NCBI GenBank assembly: GCA_963786955.1
Contig: CAWBAT010000006.1
Span: 704,001 to 768,000, forward strand
Direction of reading: 5' to 3'
DNA from: an uncultured Acidimicrobiia bacterium
GTDB taxonomy: Bacteria > Acidobacteriota > Terriglobia > Versatilivoradales > Versatilivoraceae
DNA length: 64,000 nt
Positions 42,720 through 53,499 of the stretch are shown one piece after another; position 1 is the stretch's first letter, and the number at the start of each line of letters is the position of its first letter. The notes under the pieces were generated by a model. The model saw only the letters and a program-made list of their open reading frames with translations, searched no databases and had not been told where the DNA came from. Both the position numbers and the translations under genes were made by a program.

Positions 42720-42882
42720 TTGGCCGCTGTTGAGATGCCGTCATTTGTTTGACTCAGGGTATGACGCCCAGTTCCCTCCCAATTTTCTATTTCTTATTTG
42801 CGATTTGGTGTTTGCTGCGGAATGAGCTTTTTTCTTGGACATTTTATTTCGAAAAAGCGAACCTCATTGACTCGGTCTAGTG

Positions 42883-43102
42883 CCCCCTCACCGGCTCTCC
42901 TCTCCCGCGTTGGGGAGAGGAGAGCCGGTGATTCATTTTTGCATTCCTCTCCCAGGCATGAACCGATCGGATGCTTCACCTGGCCTGGAGAGCAAAGTTC
43001 CACGAGGCCGCAGTTGTCTGCGTCGCAGAGCACCGCCCTCTACAGGTGTGCAGTCCCCCCTCACCTCCAGCTCCTCTCCCGCGTTGGGGAGAGGAGAGCC
43101 GA
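42883..43102. repeat. Composite repeat: two CCCCTCACC..CCTCTCCC/GGGAGAGG palindromes around a GGAG-type REP doublet
   Basis: 19-bp perfect stem 42888-42931; second copy 43055-43102; GGAG doublet 42986-43042. Confidence 0.7.
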
Positions 43103-43117
43103 CGGCGAAAATTGCTT

Positions 43118-43615
43118 TCACGCGGCATTTCGTTTCATTCGCTTCAGGAGTTGAATTTGCCCGGCATGATAGATGTCGTGGAAAGCAATCCCCCGAATCA
43201 GAAATTCATTGCTGTTTTGACTGCCCTTCGGTGCCAGATCAAGATCCTTCTCCTTGAGCCCTGCCACAACCCCCCGCAACTCCTGGTGAAGCTTTTCAAG
43301 GATTCTCAGCTCCGCTTTCCAGGCTTTCTCCGAAAATTCAACCGGCCGGAGAAACCAGTTACTGCCTGCAATGTCAAAGGATCCACGCTTCTTTCCCAGA
43401 AGCCTTCTGAGGACAACATATTTCCAATAGGCTGCGTGTAGGGCAATTTCCCAAATGTTGTGCCGGTTTTTGCCGGGGCGCCAGGCTGCATCCTGCGAAG
43501 AAATGCCTCGCAAAGAGCCTTTCAAATTCGGTCCGTGCCATGCTCTCTTGTCATAAGCCTCGTCCATCATCTTCAAAAGGCTTTCTATTCGGATCGACAC
43601 TGTTGATGATTTCAT
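43118..43615 (-). CDS. DinB-family protein
   Basis: AWHGP, HNIWEIALHAAYW and HDIYHAGQI His-triad motifs. Confidence 0.85.
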   Translation of the reverse strand: MKSSTVSIRIESLLKMMDEAYDKRAWHGPNLKGSLRGISSQDAAWRPGKNRHNIWEIALHAAYWKYVVLRRLLGKKRGSFDIAGSNWFLRPVEFSEKAWKAELRILEKLHQELRGVVAGLKEKDLDLAPKGSQNSNEFLIRGIAFHDIYHAGQIQLLKRMKRNAA

Positions 43616-43825
43616 GGCCTCTCTCCTCCTTACGACGTTCTTCTCTCATTTCTCCGCAGGGCTTAATGTCCCGTTAACCCCATCGCCCTGTAAGAGCCTC
43701 GGACAGCGCTCGAGGACTCTCCTGGGCCTGAAATTGGCTTGCTTTTTTCGGTTGCGAATCGATAGACTGACGTTTTGAGGTTCCGGTCAGTACGAAGGAT
43801 CATTTTCGCATGAAAGGGTTTATCC

Positions 43826-44485
43826 ATGGCAAAGTTTAAGAGTCGGGAAGACGCGGGGCGCGAGCTCGCCGGCCAGCTCTCTCAATGGCAATCCTTTAAC
43901 CCGATCATCTTGGGAATCCCTCGAGGAGGACTGCCGGTAGCCGCTTCGGTCGCTCAGGCGTTCAAACGCCCCTTTCTGCCACTGCCCATACGCCGGCTCG
44001 AAGTGCCCTGGGATGCCAAGATCGTTTTCGGATATGTCACCGATCAAGGAGAGTTACACTTGAATCAACCCTTAATCGGGCAAGTTCGGCTGACTCCCCC
44101 GGAGATTCAGAAGATCGCCAAGCAAGAACGCCTGAATCTCATGAAAGAACTCAGCAGTTGGGGAGCCACTCCTCTCCCTGCTTTGGAGAACCAATGCGCC
44201 TTGCTGATTGATGACGGGATGCACACCGGCTGGACTCTGTTCAGTGCCCTCGAAATGGTCAAGAACCTGGGCGCCCGGCAAACTCTTGTCGGCGTCCCCG
44301 TGAGCCACTTTCGTGCCAAACGCTTTATCAGCCACCATTGCGACGAAATGGTCTGTCTTCAGACCGAGGAGTTGGCGCTTTACGAGATTGGCAATTACTA
44401 CGAAGATTTTGCTCGGGTCAGTGACGAGCAGATTCGAGCCCTTTTAAAAACGGCTCCTTCCAATCCCAAACAAACGGCCGCCTGA
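43826..44485 (+). CDS. Phosphoribosyltransferase-family protein
   Basis: REDAGRELA, LGIPRGGLPVA, LLIDDGMHTG (PRPP loop) and YEDF..VSDE motifs. Confidence 0.85.
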   Translation: MAKFKSREDAGRELAGQLSQWQSFNPIILGIPRGGLPVAASVAQAFKRPFLPLPIRRLEVPWDAKIVFGYVTDQGELHLNQPLIGQVRLTPPEIQKIAKQERLNLMKELSSWGATPLPALENQCALLIDDGMHTGWTLFSALEMVKNLGARQTLVGVPVSHFRAKRFISHHCDEMVCLQTEELALYEIGNYYEDFARVSDEQIRALLKTAPSNPKQTAA

Positions 44486-44570
44486 ATCAGGCGCAGCGGC
44501 ATTCCGGATCGTGAACCCTTAAAATCCTTTGTCAACTCTCTGTGCCGGGTGTCCCCCCACTTCTTTCTAC

Positions 44571-44624
44571 TTGACAGACCGCAGAATGGATCTATAATTA
44601 TTCTTTTGTGTGAATAATTATTCA
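44571..44624 (+). promoter_or_regulatory. Sigma70 promoter overlapped by tandem ARG boxes
   Basis: TTGACA 44571-44576, N16, TATAAT 44593-44598; ARG-like TCTATAATTATTCT 44591-44604 and perfect palindrome TGAATAATTATTCA 44611-44624. Confidence 0.85.
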
Positions 44625-44631
44625 TTGGACC

Positions 44632-45075
44632 ATGATCAAACACCGAAGACAATCGAAGATCCTTTCCCTGGTGCAGTCGCGGCCCGTCGCCAGCCAGGCC
44701 GCGCTCGCGCATCAGCTTTCCGTGGAGGGGATTCATGTCACGCAAGCCACCTTGTCACGGGATTTACACGAACTCAATCTCGTGAAGACCGTGGAGGGGT
44801 ACAAGCTTCCGGGACAGCTCTTGCCCCATGCTGCCAACTCCCAGCAGCAACAGCACACGATTGCCCAATTCATGACCGAAGCCCAAACAGCCGGGAACAT
44901 GGTGGTGGTCAAGACCAATCCGGGCAATGCCCCGCCGGTCGCACGCAGCCTTGACAATATCGGCTGGAATGAAATTATTGGAACCGTGGCGGGCGATGAC
45001 ACTATCATTGTCGTGACCAAAGGATCTCTGGCGGCGCGTACGGTGCGGAAACGATTGTTGGGAATGAGCCGGTAA
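44632..45075 (+). CDS. argR: Arginine repressor
   Basis: VTQATLSRDL HTH, KTNPGNA and GTVAGDDTI motifs. Confidence 0.95.
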   Translation: MIKHRRQSKILSLVQSRPVASQAALAHQLSVEGIHVTQATLSRDLHELNLVKTVEGYKLPGQLLPHAANSQQQQHTIAQFMTEAQTAGNMVVVKTNPGNAPPVARSLDNIGWNEIIGTVAGDDTIIVVTKGSLAARTVRKRLLGMSR

Positions 45076-45261
45076 AGGAAAGCTTTTGGAGGAACAAGAC
45101 GCAGAGGGGGTTTGCCGTGAAAGGACGAACCGCGCTCCCTACAATCAAACTTGAGGGAACAGGTCACAGAAGATGAACACTCACAGGGATCCGGTGCCTT
45201 CTCATTTTCCAAAACTAACAACAGGTGGAGACGTCTGGCATTTCCGAGAGGAGCAACACCA

Positions 45262-46305
45262 TTGAGTCAAGCCATCCAAAAGAGAGTTGCGATCATCGGC
45301 GCTAGCGGGTATTCCGGGGCGGAGATTGCCGCCTTGCTTCTCAAACACCCCTTTGTCGAATTGAATACGCTCATGACGGCCAACGCGGAACGGCATTCCG
45401 GCACCCCTCGCCATTTTAGCCAAGAGCTTCCCTCCTTTCTCGGGCGTTGTGACCTGGACATTGAACCGCTGAATATTGAATCACTGAACCAGCGTGAGAT
45501 TGCGATCGTCTTCGTGGCAACGCCCAACGAGACTTCGCATGAACTTGTTCCGGATCTCTTAGCCCATTCATTAAAGGTCATCGACCTGAGCGGTTCGTTC
45601 CGGTTGAAAGAAAATACTCTCTATCCAAAGTGGTATGGGTTTGAGCATCGTTTTCCGGACTTGCTCGAGGCAGCGGTTTATGGTCTCACGGAAATTCACC
45701 GCGACGCCATCCGGACAGCTCAACTGGTTGCCAATCCCGGCTGCTATCCAACTTCCGCGCTTCTGCCGCTAATCCCTCTGCAACGAGCGGAGTTGATCGA
45801 TTTGAGCATGGACATCATTTGTGATTCGAAATCCGGTGTCACGGGAGCCGGCAAGACCCCCACGGGGAATACGCATTTTTCCGAGGTGTCAGAAAGCTTC
45901 AAAGCCTATAACGTCAGGAAGCATCGTCATGCCCCGGAGATCTGGCAGGAATTGAATCATGACCATTTCATTTTCACCCCGCATCTATTGCCCATCAATC
46001 GTGGAATTCTATCCACCATTTATTTACGGTTGCGCAAAGGAGTGACCGAGCAAGATGTCTCTCATTGCTACCAGGACAACTATCAAGGCCGGCCCTTTAT
46101 TCGGATCTTTCCGAAGGGGGTTTATCCGGAAATCAAACATGTGGCGCACACCAACTACTGTGATATTGGATGGAGCCTTGACGCGGCGCGATCCAGTTTG
46201 ATCCTGATTTCAGCCATCGATAATCTACTCAAAGGGGCGGCGGGTCAGGCGGTTCAGAATATGAATGTCATGTTCGGGTTCGATGAAAAGACAGGTCTCA
46301 GTTAG
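45262..46305 (+). CDS. argC: N-acetyl-gamma-glutamyl-phosphate reductase
   Basis: IGASGYSG, IDLSGSFR, VANPGCYPT, SGVTGAG and IDNLLKGAAGQAVQNMN; TTG start after GAGGAG. Confidence 0.95.
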   Translation: MSQAIQKRVAIIGASGYSGAEIAALLLKHPFVELNTLMTANAERHSGTPRHFSQELPSFLGRCDLDIEPLNIESLNQREIAIVFVATPNETSHELVPDLLAHSLKVIDLSGSFRLKENTLYPKWYGFEHRFPDLLEAAVYGLTEIHRDAIRTAQLVANPGCYPTSALLPLIPLQRAELIDLSMDIICDSKSGVTGAGKTPTGNTHFSEVSESFKAYNVRKHRHAPEIWQELNHDHFIFTPHLLPINRGILSTIYLRLRKGVTEQDVSHCYQDNYQGRPFIRIFPKGVYPEIKHVAHTNYCDIGWSLDAARSSLILISAIDNLLKGAAGQAVQNMNVMFGFDEKTGLS

Positions 46306-46321
46306 CCAAGAAAGGAAAGCC

Positions 46322-47113
46322 GTGCGGATCGTTGTTAAGTTGGGGGGAAGTTTATTGACGGATGTGGAGCTTCTCCATAGAATGGTCAGCCAAATTGTGG
46401 ATTTGCAGGATCGTGGCCACGAAATGGTGGTGGCTCACGGGGGCGGGAAGCAGATCAAACAGGTCCTTGAAAAACTATCCATCCCGAGTCATTTCCACCA
46501 GGGCCTTCGAGTCACCGATGCCGAAACGATGCAGGTGGTTCAAATGGTCCTTGCCGGCTGGGTGAATAAAGATATCGTCGCCCATTTTTTCCGCCAGGGA
46601 AAGCGTGCGGTGGGAATTTGTGGGGGTGATGGAGCCACCTTTCTGGCGCAGAAGTTTCAAGATCCGAAAGAATCCGAACCTTTCGATTACGGATTTGTGG
46701 GGGAAGTCATCGAAGGGGATCCCCGCTTGCTCGACCTACTACTTCAGCATCACTATTTCCCTATCATTGCCTGCACGGCTTTGGGGTCCGATGCTTCTTA
46801 TTACAACGTCAATGCCGATGAAATGGCTGCGGCGGCGGCGATTTTTTGCAAAGCCGACCGGTTGCTATTCTTGACGGATGTTCCGGGTATCTATGATGAA
46901 AACCAGCAAGTCATCCCACATCTTTCCCGGACTGCACTGGAACAACTACGCCATTCAGGCGTCATCAGCGAAGGGATGCTCCCCAAGTCTCGGGCCTGCG
47001 AGCGCGCCAAGTCCGCTGGAATTGAAAAAGTTCATATTGTTGGCGGCCGGGAAGAGAACTGTCTGGCCAGGGTTCTAGTCCTAGAGGAAGCTCTTGGAAC
47101 GGTCATTTCTTAA
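46322..47113 (+). CDS. argB: Acetylglutamate kinase
   Basis: VVKLGGS, HGGGKQI, GLRVTD, NVNAD and GMLPK motifs. Confidence 0.93.
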   Translation: MRIVVKLGGSLLTDVELLHRMVSQIVDLQDRGHEMVVAHGGGKQIKQVLEKLSIPSHFHQGLRVTDAETMQVVQMVLAGWVNKDIVAHFFRQGKRAVGICGGDGATFLAQKFQDPKESEPFDYGFVGEVIEGDPRLLDLLLQHHYFPIIACTALGSDASYYNVNADEMAAAAAIFCKADRLLFLTDVPGIYDENQQVIPHLSRTALEQLRHSGVISEGMLPKSRACERAKSAGIEKVHIVGGREENCLARVLVLEEALGTVIS

Positions 47114-47127
47114 ATAAGAGGGATTTC

Positions 47128-48370
47128 ATGAATTTGAAACAAATCGTGGATCTGGAATCAAAAGTATTGCTGGCCAACTACAAGAAATATCCTCTCTTTG
47201 TGGACAAGGGACGGAAATGCATCGTTTATGATCATGCCGGCAAACGCTACGTCGATCTTTTAGCGGGCATCGCCGTGAATGCGCTGGGATATAACCATCC
47301 CCGAATCACCAATATTCTCCGCAAACAGATCAAGAAGAGCATTCACGTCAGCAATCTCTTTTATCATCCCTACCAAGCATTGCTGGCAAAAAAACTGGTC
47401 GAACTCAGCGGATTGCAAAAAGTCTTTTTCTGCAACAGCGGTACGGAAGCCGTTGAAGCGGCCTTCAAGCTTGCGCGTGGATACTCCTACAAGAACAGAC
47501 TGGGCGAAGGGAAGTTCGAAATCTTGACGATGGATAACGCCTTCCATGGCAGAACCTATGGGGCCTTATCTGCGACGGCATCCGACAAATACCGAAAGCC
47601 ATTTGAGCCCCTGGTCCCCGGATTCCATTTTGTCCGCTTTAACGATGTGGAGGATTTGAGAGCCAAGTTTAGTGAAAAAGTATGCGGCATTATCATCGAA
47701 CCACTCCAGGGCGAAGGGGGCATTCACGCCTGCAGTGAAGAATTCTTGAAGGCAGCCCGACAACTCTGCGACCACTACAAAGCCCTGTTGATTCTCGACG
47801 AGATTCAATGCGGGATCGGCCGAACCGGACGCTACTTTTATTACGAAAAATTCGGCCTGCTCCCGGATGTCCTGACATTAGCCAAGCCTCTCGGATTGGG
47901 ATTGCCACTTGGCGCGGTGGTGACGACGGATCGGATCGCACCCACTTTTGGTCCGGGCGATCATGGGACCACCTTTGGCGGAGGCCCTCTCTCCTGCCGG
48001 GTGGGGTTCGAGTTCCTCAAGGTCATGCAGGAAGAAGGGATGCTCGAGAAAATCCGTGAACTAGGGCGATTACTTTAAGAGTAAACTCCTCTCCCTGAAA
48101 GATAAATACCCCTTCGTCAAGGAAGTTCGGGGAGAGGGTTTGATTCTCGGGATGGAGTTGAGCTTCCCTTGCCGGGAGGTTGTGAATCGTTGCCTTGAAG
48201 CGGGTTACATTATCAATGTGACCAGCGACAACGTCCTCCGTTTTTTGCCTCCTTATGTCATCTCCAAGAAGGAAATCGCCAAGTTCATTCAAGCATTGGA
48301 TCGGATCTTTAAAGAGTTGGACCCGGCACAGTTCAGCCCGAACCATCCGAGTGCCGGAGGAGTCCATTGA
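47128..48370 (+). CDS. argD: Acetylornithine aminotransferase (frameshift near 48065)
   Basis: FFCNSGTEAVE, FHGRT, EPLQGEGG, DEIQCGIGRTG, LAKPLG and HGTTFGG; C-terminus in 48140-48370. Confidence 0.9.
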
Positions 48371-49339
48371 CGATGTCATCCCGCAAGCCGAATTCCTCGG
48401 CCAGACCCCAGAGTGGAAAGCTCTCCGTTCAGGACTTGCTTTCACTGGCCTTAATGACTTCCAAAGATATCGAATTGGTTTTCACAACTGCCCAATCGAT
48501 CAAGCAGTCTCCAAAGAATTACGCGCAAGCCTTGCAGTCAAAAACCTTGGCCCTGATATTTGAGAAGCCCTCCCTCCGCACCCGCGTGACGTTTGACGTC
48601 GGAATGACGAGCATGGGAGGTCATGCCGTATTTCTCGATCACTCCGACACAAAGTTGGGTGAGCGCGAGTCTATCAAAGACGTGGCAAAGAATTTGGAGC
48701 GCTGGGTGGATGGCATTGTTGCCCGAACGTACAAAAACAAATCGGTTTGGGAGTTGGCGGAACATGCTTCCATTCCCGTGATCAACGGGCTGACGGATCT
48801 GCTCCATCCGTGCCAGGCACTCAGCGACTATTTCACGGTTCTCGAAAAATTCGGGTCCCTGAAAGGGCTCAAGTTTGCCTATGTCGGAGATGGCAATAAT
48901 ACCTGCCACTCCTTAATCGATGGCGCCGCGAAGCTGGGAGTGGAACTCTGGATTGCAACGCCTGAAGGATTTGGAGCCCAACCCCCGCATCGTCAATGAG
49001 GCCGAAAAAGTGATCAAGAAGACCGGGGGAAAGCTTGAAATTCAATACAGCCCGGAAAAGGCCGTTCGAGGAGCGAGTGTCGTGTACACAGACGTCTGGG
49101 CCAGTATGGGACAGGAGGCAGAAACAGAAGATCGCGCAGCCATCTTTTCCGATTACCAAGTGAATCGCAAGTTGATGTCGTTTGCCGCGCGGAACGCGGT
49201 TTTCATGCACTGCCTGCCAGCCCATCGGGGTTACGAAGTAGCTCCGAATGTGATTGACTCCCCTCAGTCCATCGTCTATGACCAGGCTGAAAACCGGCTG
49301 CACGTGCAGAAAGCGATCCTCTATCTTCTGATCTCTTAG
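48367..49339 (+). CDS. argF: Ornithine carbamoyltransferase (frameshift near 48970)
   Basis: FEKPSLRTR, HPCQ, GDGNN, DVWASMG, HCLPAHRG and DQAENRLH motifs. Confidence 0.92.
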
Positions 49340-49363
49340 GCATTGAAATGTGAAAATTTCTCA

Positions 49364-49434
49364 GTAGAGGCAAAGCATTCGATGCGGTATACCGAGATGG
49401 GTCTCTCCCAGGCTGACGAATGCTTTGCCCCTAC
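49364..49434. repeat. GTAG-type REP-like inverted repeat between argF and argG
   Basis: GTAGAGGCAAAGCATTCG ... CGAATGCTTTGCCCCTAC (18 bp, 1 mismatch). Confidence 0.7.
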
Positions 49435-49491
49435 AATAAGTGCAGAAGACAAAATTAATAGTAGCTCATCTTCTTAATAAGGAAAGATCCC

Positions 49492-50694
49492 ATGGTCAAG
49501 AAAGTCGTTCTGGCATATTCCGGCGGTTTGGACACATCAATCATCATCCCCTGGCTCAAGGAAAATTACCATTGTGAAGTCATCGCGATGGCAGGCGATG
49601 TCGGGCAGGAGGAAGAATTAGCGGGGCTTGAAGAGAAAGCCATTAAGACTGGGGCCTCGAAACTATATGTGGAGGATTTACGAGAGGAGTTTATTCGGGA
49701 GTACATCTGGCCGACACTCCGTGCAGGCGCCCTATACGAAAGGAAGTACCTACTGGGAACTTCCATGGCCCGGCCGATCCTGGCCAAGCGACAGGTCGAG
49801 GTTGCCTTGAAGGAAGGGGCGGATGCGGTCGCGCACGGGTGCACGGGGAAAGGCAATGACCAGGTCCGCTTTGAGCTGACGTACAAGGCCCTGGCCCCAA
49901 TTTGAAAGTGATCGCTCCCTGGAGAGAATGGGATATCAAATCCCGGGAAGATGCCATCGACTATGCCCACAAACACCAGATTCCAATCACCGCCACCAAG
50001 GAAAAGATTTACAGCGAAGATCGAAATATCTGGCATATCAGCCATGAGGGTGGAGTCCTGGAAGATCCTTCCTGTGAACCGGAGGAATCGATGTGGAAGC
50101 TCACGGCTTCTCCGGAGAAGGCCCCCAATCAGCCCCGTTACGTGGAAATTCTGTTTGAAAAAGGAACTCCCGTGGGGATCGACGGAGCCCACCTGGCTCC
50201 GATTGACTTGGTAAAACGGGCAAATTCGATTGGCGGAGAACATGGCATCGGTCGCATGGATCTAGTCGAAAACCGGTCTGGTCGGCATGAAGTCCAGAGG
50301 CGCTTATGAGACGCCTGGGGGAACCCTACTGGTTCAAGCTCATCGCGAACTGGAGTCGATCTGCCTGGACAAGGAAATTTTGCGAATGAAAGACCAATTG
50401 GCGTTGAAATATGCCGATCTGGTTTACAACGGTCAATGGTTTACGCCCATCCGGGAGGCGTTGGACGCGTTTTTCACGGCAACTCAAAAGACCGTGACAG
50501 GCAGCGTTCGACTAAAGTTATACAAGGGCAATATCATCTCTGCCGGACTCAAATCGCCCTACTCCCTCTATCGGGAGGATTTGGCCACCTTTGGAGAAGA
50601 GGCGGTTTATAACCAAAAAGACGCCGAAGGGTTTATCAACCTCTTTGGTCTTCCGGTAAAGGTCCAGGCGCTCGTCCAGAGGGCAAAGAAATAG
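49492..50694 (+). CDS. argG: Argininosuccinate synthase (2 frameshifts)
   Basis: [37 protein letters not shown] and [11 protein letters not shown]; pieces 49492-49905, 49902-50309, 50287-50694. Confidence 0.93.
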
Positions 50695-50813
50695 GTTGTT
50701 CGGGCAAGGCATTCCCCCAAAGCTGTCGAGGTGAGCTTGGGGGCAGCGGACGAATGCATTGATCCCGATATGTTGAGCCGTTGGCAATTCACGTCGGCGG
50801 AAAGGTGTGGCAT

Positions 50814-52196
50814 ATGAAAATCTGGGGGGGACGATTCAGCGAGGGGATGGACGAAGCCTTTGAACGATTCAATCGCTCGCTTCCTGTTGATCGGCGCTTG
50901 ATTCAGGAAGACCTCGAAGGGTCTATCGCCTATGCCAAAGCACTGGAGAAAGCAGGGATCCTGAATTCCGAGGAACTCACTCAAATCGGTAAGGGTCTCG
51001 CTGAAATTAAGAAGAGAATGGATCGAGAGCCTGAATGGATCGAGAAGAGTACGGACGAAGACGTGCATAGTTTTGTGGAATCGCGATTGTTCGAACTCAT
51101 AGGGGATGCTGCCTCGAAACTGCACACCGGGCGGAGCCGAAACGACCAGGTTGCCCTGGATACCCGCCTCTTCATGAAAAGGGCAACGATTCGGGTTCAG
51201 GTCGAGATCAAAAATCTCATGCAGAACTTACTCAAGCAGTCGCGTTCCCACCTCGACGTAGTCATCCCCGGATACACGCATCTACGCAAGGCTCAACCAA
51301 TACTTTTCGCCCATTACCTGCTAGCTTATTTCGAAATGTTCCGGAGAGACTATGATCGTTTTCACGATTGTTTCCGGCGCACGGATGTCATGCCTCTTGG
51401 ATCGGGTGCGCTCGCTGGAAATGGTTTTGCGATCGACCGGGACTCGCTACGAATCGACCTGGGCTTCTCTCAACTGACCCGAAATAGCCTGGACGGAGTC
51501 AGTGATCGGGATTATCAATTCGATTTCATCTCGGCTGGCGCCATCACTCTCATTCATTTGAGCCGGCTCGCAGAGGATCTCATTCTCTATTCCTCTCCGG
51601 AGTTTGGTTTTGTCGAACTGGCCGATGCCGTGACGACGGGAAGTAGCATCATGCCCCAAAAAAAGAATCCGGATTCGTTGGAGCTTATTCGGGGAAAAAG
51701 CGCACGGGTTGTGGGCCATCTGTGCAGTGCTTTGACTCTCGTCAAGGGCCTTCCTCTGACCTATAACAAGGATCTCCAGGAAGACAAGGAGTTGCTCTTC
51801 GATACGCTGGACACTTTAGTGGACTGTCTCTTGGTCAGTCAGGTTGTCTTGAAGACACTCAAATTGAACCGGACCGTGGCGAGCAAGTCAGTGCAGACTG
51901 GATTCTTGAATGCTACCGATCTGGCAGATTACCTGGTTCGAAAAGGGATGCCGTTCCGAAACGCCCACGAATGTGTCGGGAAACTTGTCTTGCATTGTGA
52001 AAGCAAGGGGATTGAACTGCAGGATCTGCCCTTGACCGAACTGCAGGCTTTTTCGAGTCTGATCCAGGAAGATGTGTTCCCCGCCCTGGCGCTTGAGAAC
52101 GGGTTAGAAAATCATTCGGTAGTTGGAGGGACGGCGCCCAGTCGGGTCCGTGAAGCTTTGGATCAGGCAGATAGCGAACTGAATGCCTATTCATGA
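50814..52196 (+). CDS. argH: Argininosuccinate lyase
   Basis: WGGRF, HTGRSRNDQV, PGYTHL and TGSSIMPQKKNPD motifs. Confidence 0.95.
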   Translation: MKIWGGRFSEGMDEAFERFNRSLPVDRRLIQEDLEGSIAYAKALEKAGILNSEELTQIGKGLAEIKKRMDREPEWIEKSTDEDVHSFVESRLFELIGDAASKLHTGRSRNDQVALDTRLFMKRATIRVQVEIKNLMQNLLKQSRSHLDVVIPGYTHLRKAQPILFAHYLLAYFEMFRRDYDRFHDCFRRTDVMPLGSGALAGNGFAIDRDSLRIDLGFSQLTRNSLDGVSDRDYQFDFISAGAITLIHLSRLAEDLILYSSPEFGFVELADAVTTGSSIMPQKKNPDSLELIRGKSARVVGHLCSALTLVKGLPLTYNKDLQEDKELLFDTLDTLVDCLLVSQVVLKTLKLNRTVASKSVQTGFLNATDLADYLVRKGMPFRNAHECVGKLVLHCESKGIELQDLPLTELQAFSSLIQEDVFPALALENGLENHSVVGGTAPSRVREALDQADSELNAYS

Positions 52197-53425
52197 GGAG
52201 TGGCCCATTGAGCTGGACAATTGACACCCAGCAGATTCTATCCCCTCAAGGGTTTTTGGCGTCTGCGGCGGCTGCAGGGATCAAGAAGGTGGAGGACAGA
52301 TTAGATGTCGGGCTCATTTTTTCCACCCGACCTTCCATCGGGGCAGCGCGGTTCACGACGAATGTGGTTCAGGCCGCCCCATTATTAATTTGCCGGAAGA
52401 ATCTGGAGGATTCTGGCGGCGAGATTCGAGCCCTCATCGTCAATTCTGGAAATGCCAATGCCTGCACTGGCGCAGGAGGTCTTCAGGCCGCCACCCAAAT
52501 GGCAGAATTGGCCGGAACAATCCTTGGTATTTCTCCTCAGCAAGTTTTTGTTTCTTCAACCGGTGTCATTGGCGTTCCTCTTCCCATCGATCGGATCCAG
52601 AAGCAAGCCGCGACACTAAAGTCGAAGCTTCGTGCAGACGGTCTGGACGACGTCGCGAAAGCAATCATGACAACAGATACGGTCAAGAAGGTCTGCTCTG
52701 CCGAATCGAATAGTGGAGGCGCCCAGGTTCGGATAAGCGGCATGACGAAAGGGGCCGGAATGATTCATCCTCGTATGGCAACTACCCTGGGATTTGTCCT
52801 GACCGATGTCATGATTACCCGGGCTTTGCTGGAAGACGCTTTGGGGCTTGCCTGCGAGAAAAGCTATAACCGCATCTCCGTCGATGGGGACACCTCGACC
52901 AACGATACACTGGCGATTATTGCCAACGGAGCTTCAGGCGCTCCTTTGATTGATGAAAAAGACGAGCGTTACACCCATTTCTTGGAAGGTTTGACTTCAG
53001 TCTGTCAGAATCTCGCTCAGCAAATCGTTCGAGATGGAGAAGGCGCCGGAAAATTTGTGGAGATTCTGGTGACGGGCGCAGGGAGCGAAGCCGAAGCGAC
53101 GCAGATTGCACGGTCCATCGCCAACTCCGCTCTGGTGAAAACTGCCATTGCGGGTGAAGACGCCAACTGGGGAAGGATCTTGTGCGCAGCCGGCTATTCG
53201 GGAGTGAGGTTTGACCCGAACCGCGTGGATATTTGTATCGGCGAGTTGCCAGTATGCCGGAACGGCGCCGGAATCGCTTTTGACGAGCGCATAGCCAGGC
53301 GAATTCTCAGTCAGCGGGAGATTCGGATTCTCCTCAACCTGAACCAGGGCGAAGCAAAGTCAACCATGTGGACCTGCGATCTCACCAAGGAGTATATCCA
53401 CATCAACGCGGACTACCGGACATAG
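52193..53425 (+). CDS. argJ: Bifunctional ornithine acetyltransferase / N-acetylglutamate synthase
   Basis: NSGNANACTG, IMTTDT, KGAGMIHPRMATTL (autocleavage Thr), DGDTSTND and terminal INADYRT. Confidence 0.95.
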   Translation: MRSGPLSWTIDTQQILSPQGFLASAAAAGIKKVEDRLDVGLIFSTRPSIGAARFTTNVVQAAPLLICRKNLEDSGGEIRALIVNSGNANACTGAGGLQAATQMAELAGTILGISPQQVFVSSTGVIGVPLPIDRIQKQAATLKSKLRADGLDDVAKAIMTTDTVKKVCSAESNSGGAQVRISGMTKGAGMIHPRMATTLGFVLTDVMITRALLEDALGLACEKSYNRISVDGDTSTNDTLAIIANGASGAPLIDEKDERYTHFLEGLTSVCQNLAQQIVRDGEGAGKFVEILVTGAGSEAEATQIARSIANSALVKTAIAGEDANWGRILCAAGYSGVRFDPNRVDICIGELPVCRNGAGIAFDERIARRILSQREIRILLNLNQGEAKSTMWTCDLTKEYIHINADYRT

Positions 53426-53499
53426 TCAACTGATGACAACTTATTGGCAACGTGCCTGCCTTGCCTTGTTATCCCAGCATATCTAAAATTTGAAAATTA

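Noticed and set aside
45173-45265. 30-codon ORF overlapping the argC start as an arginine leader peptide
   Set aside because: Only two Arg codons, no attenuator structure seen, and ArgR boxes already explain regulation
48367-49339. Acetyl- or succinyl-ornithine transcarbamylase suggested by the SLRT motif
   Set aside because: The DxxxSMG ornithine-binding motif and HCLPAHRG are retained and argJ is present, consistent with an ordinary OTC
47128-50694. Programmed frameshifting or pseudogenisation of arg genes
   Set aside because: Indels are spread over unrelated genes across the whole window without consistent slippery sites; sequencing error is more parsimonious
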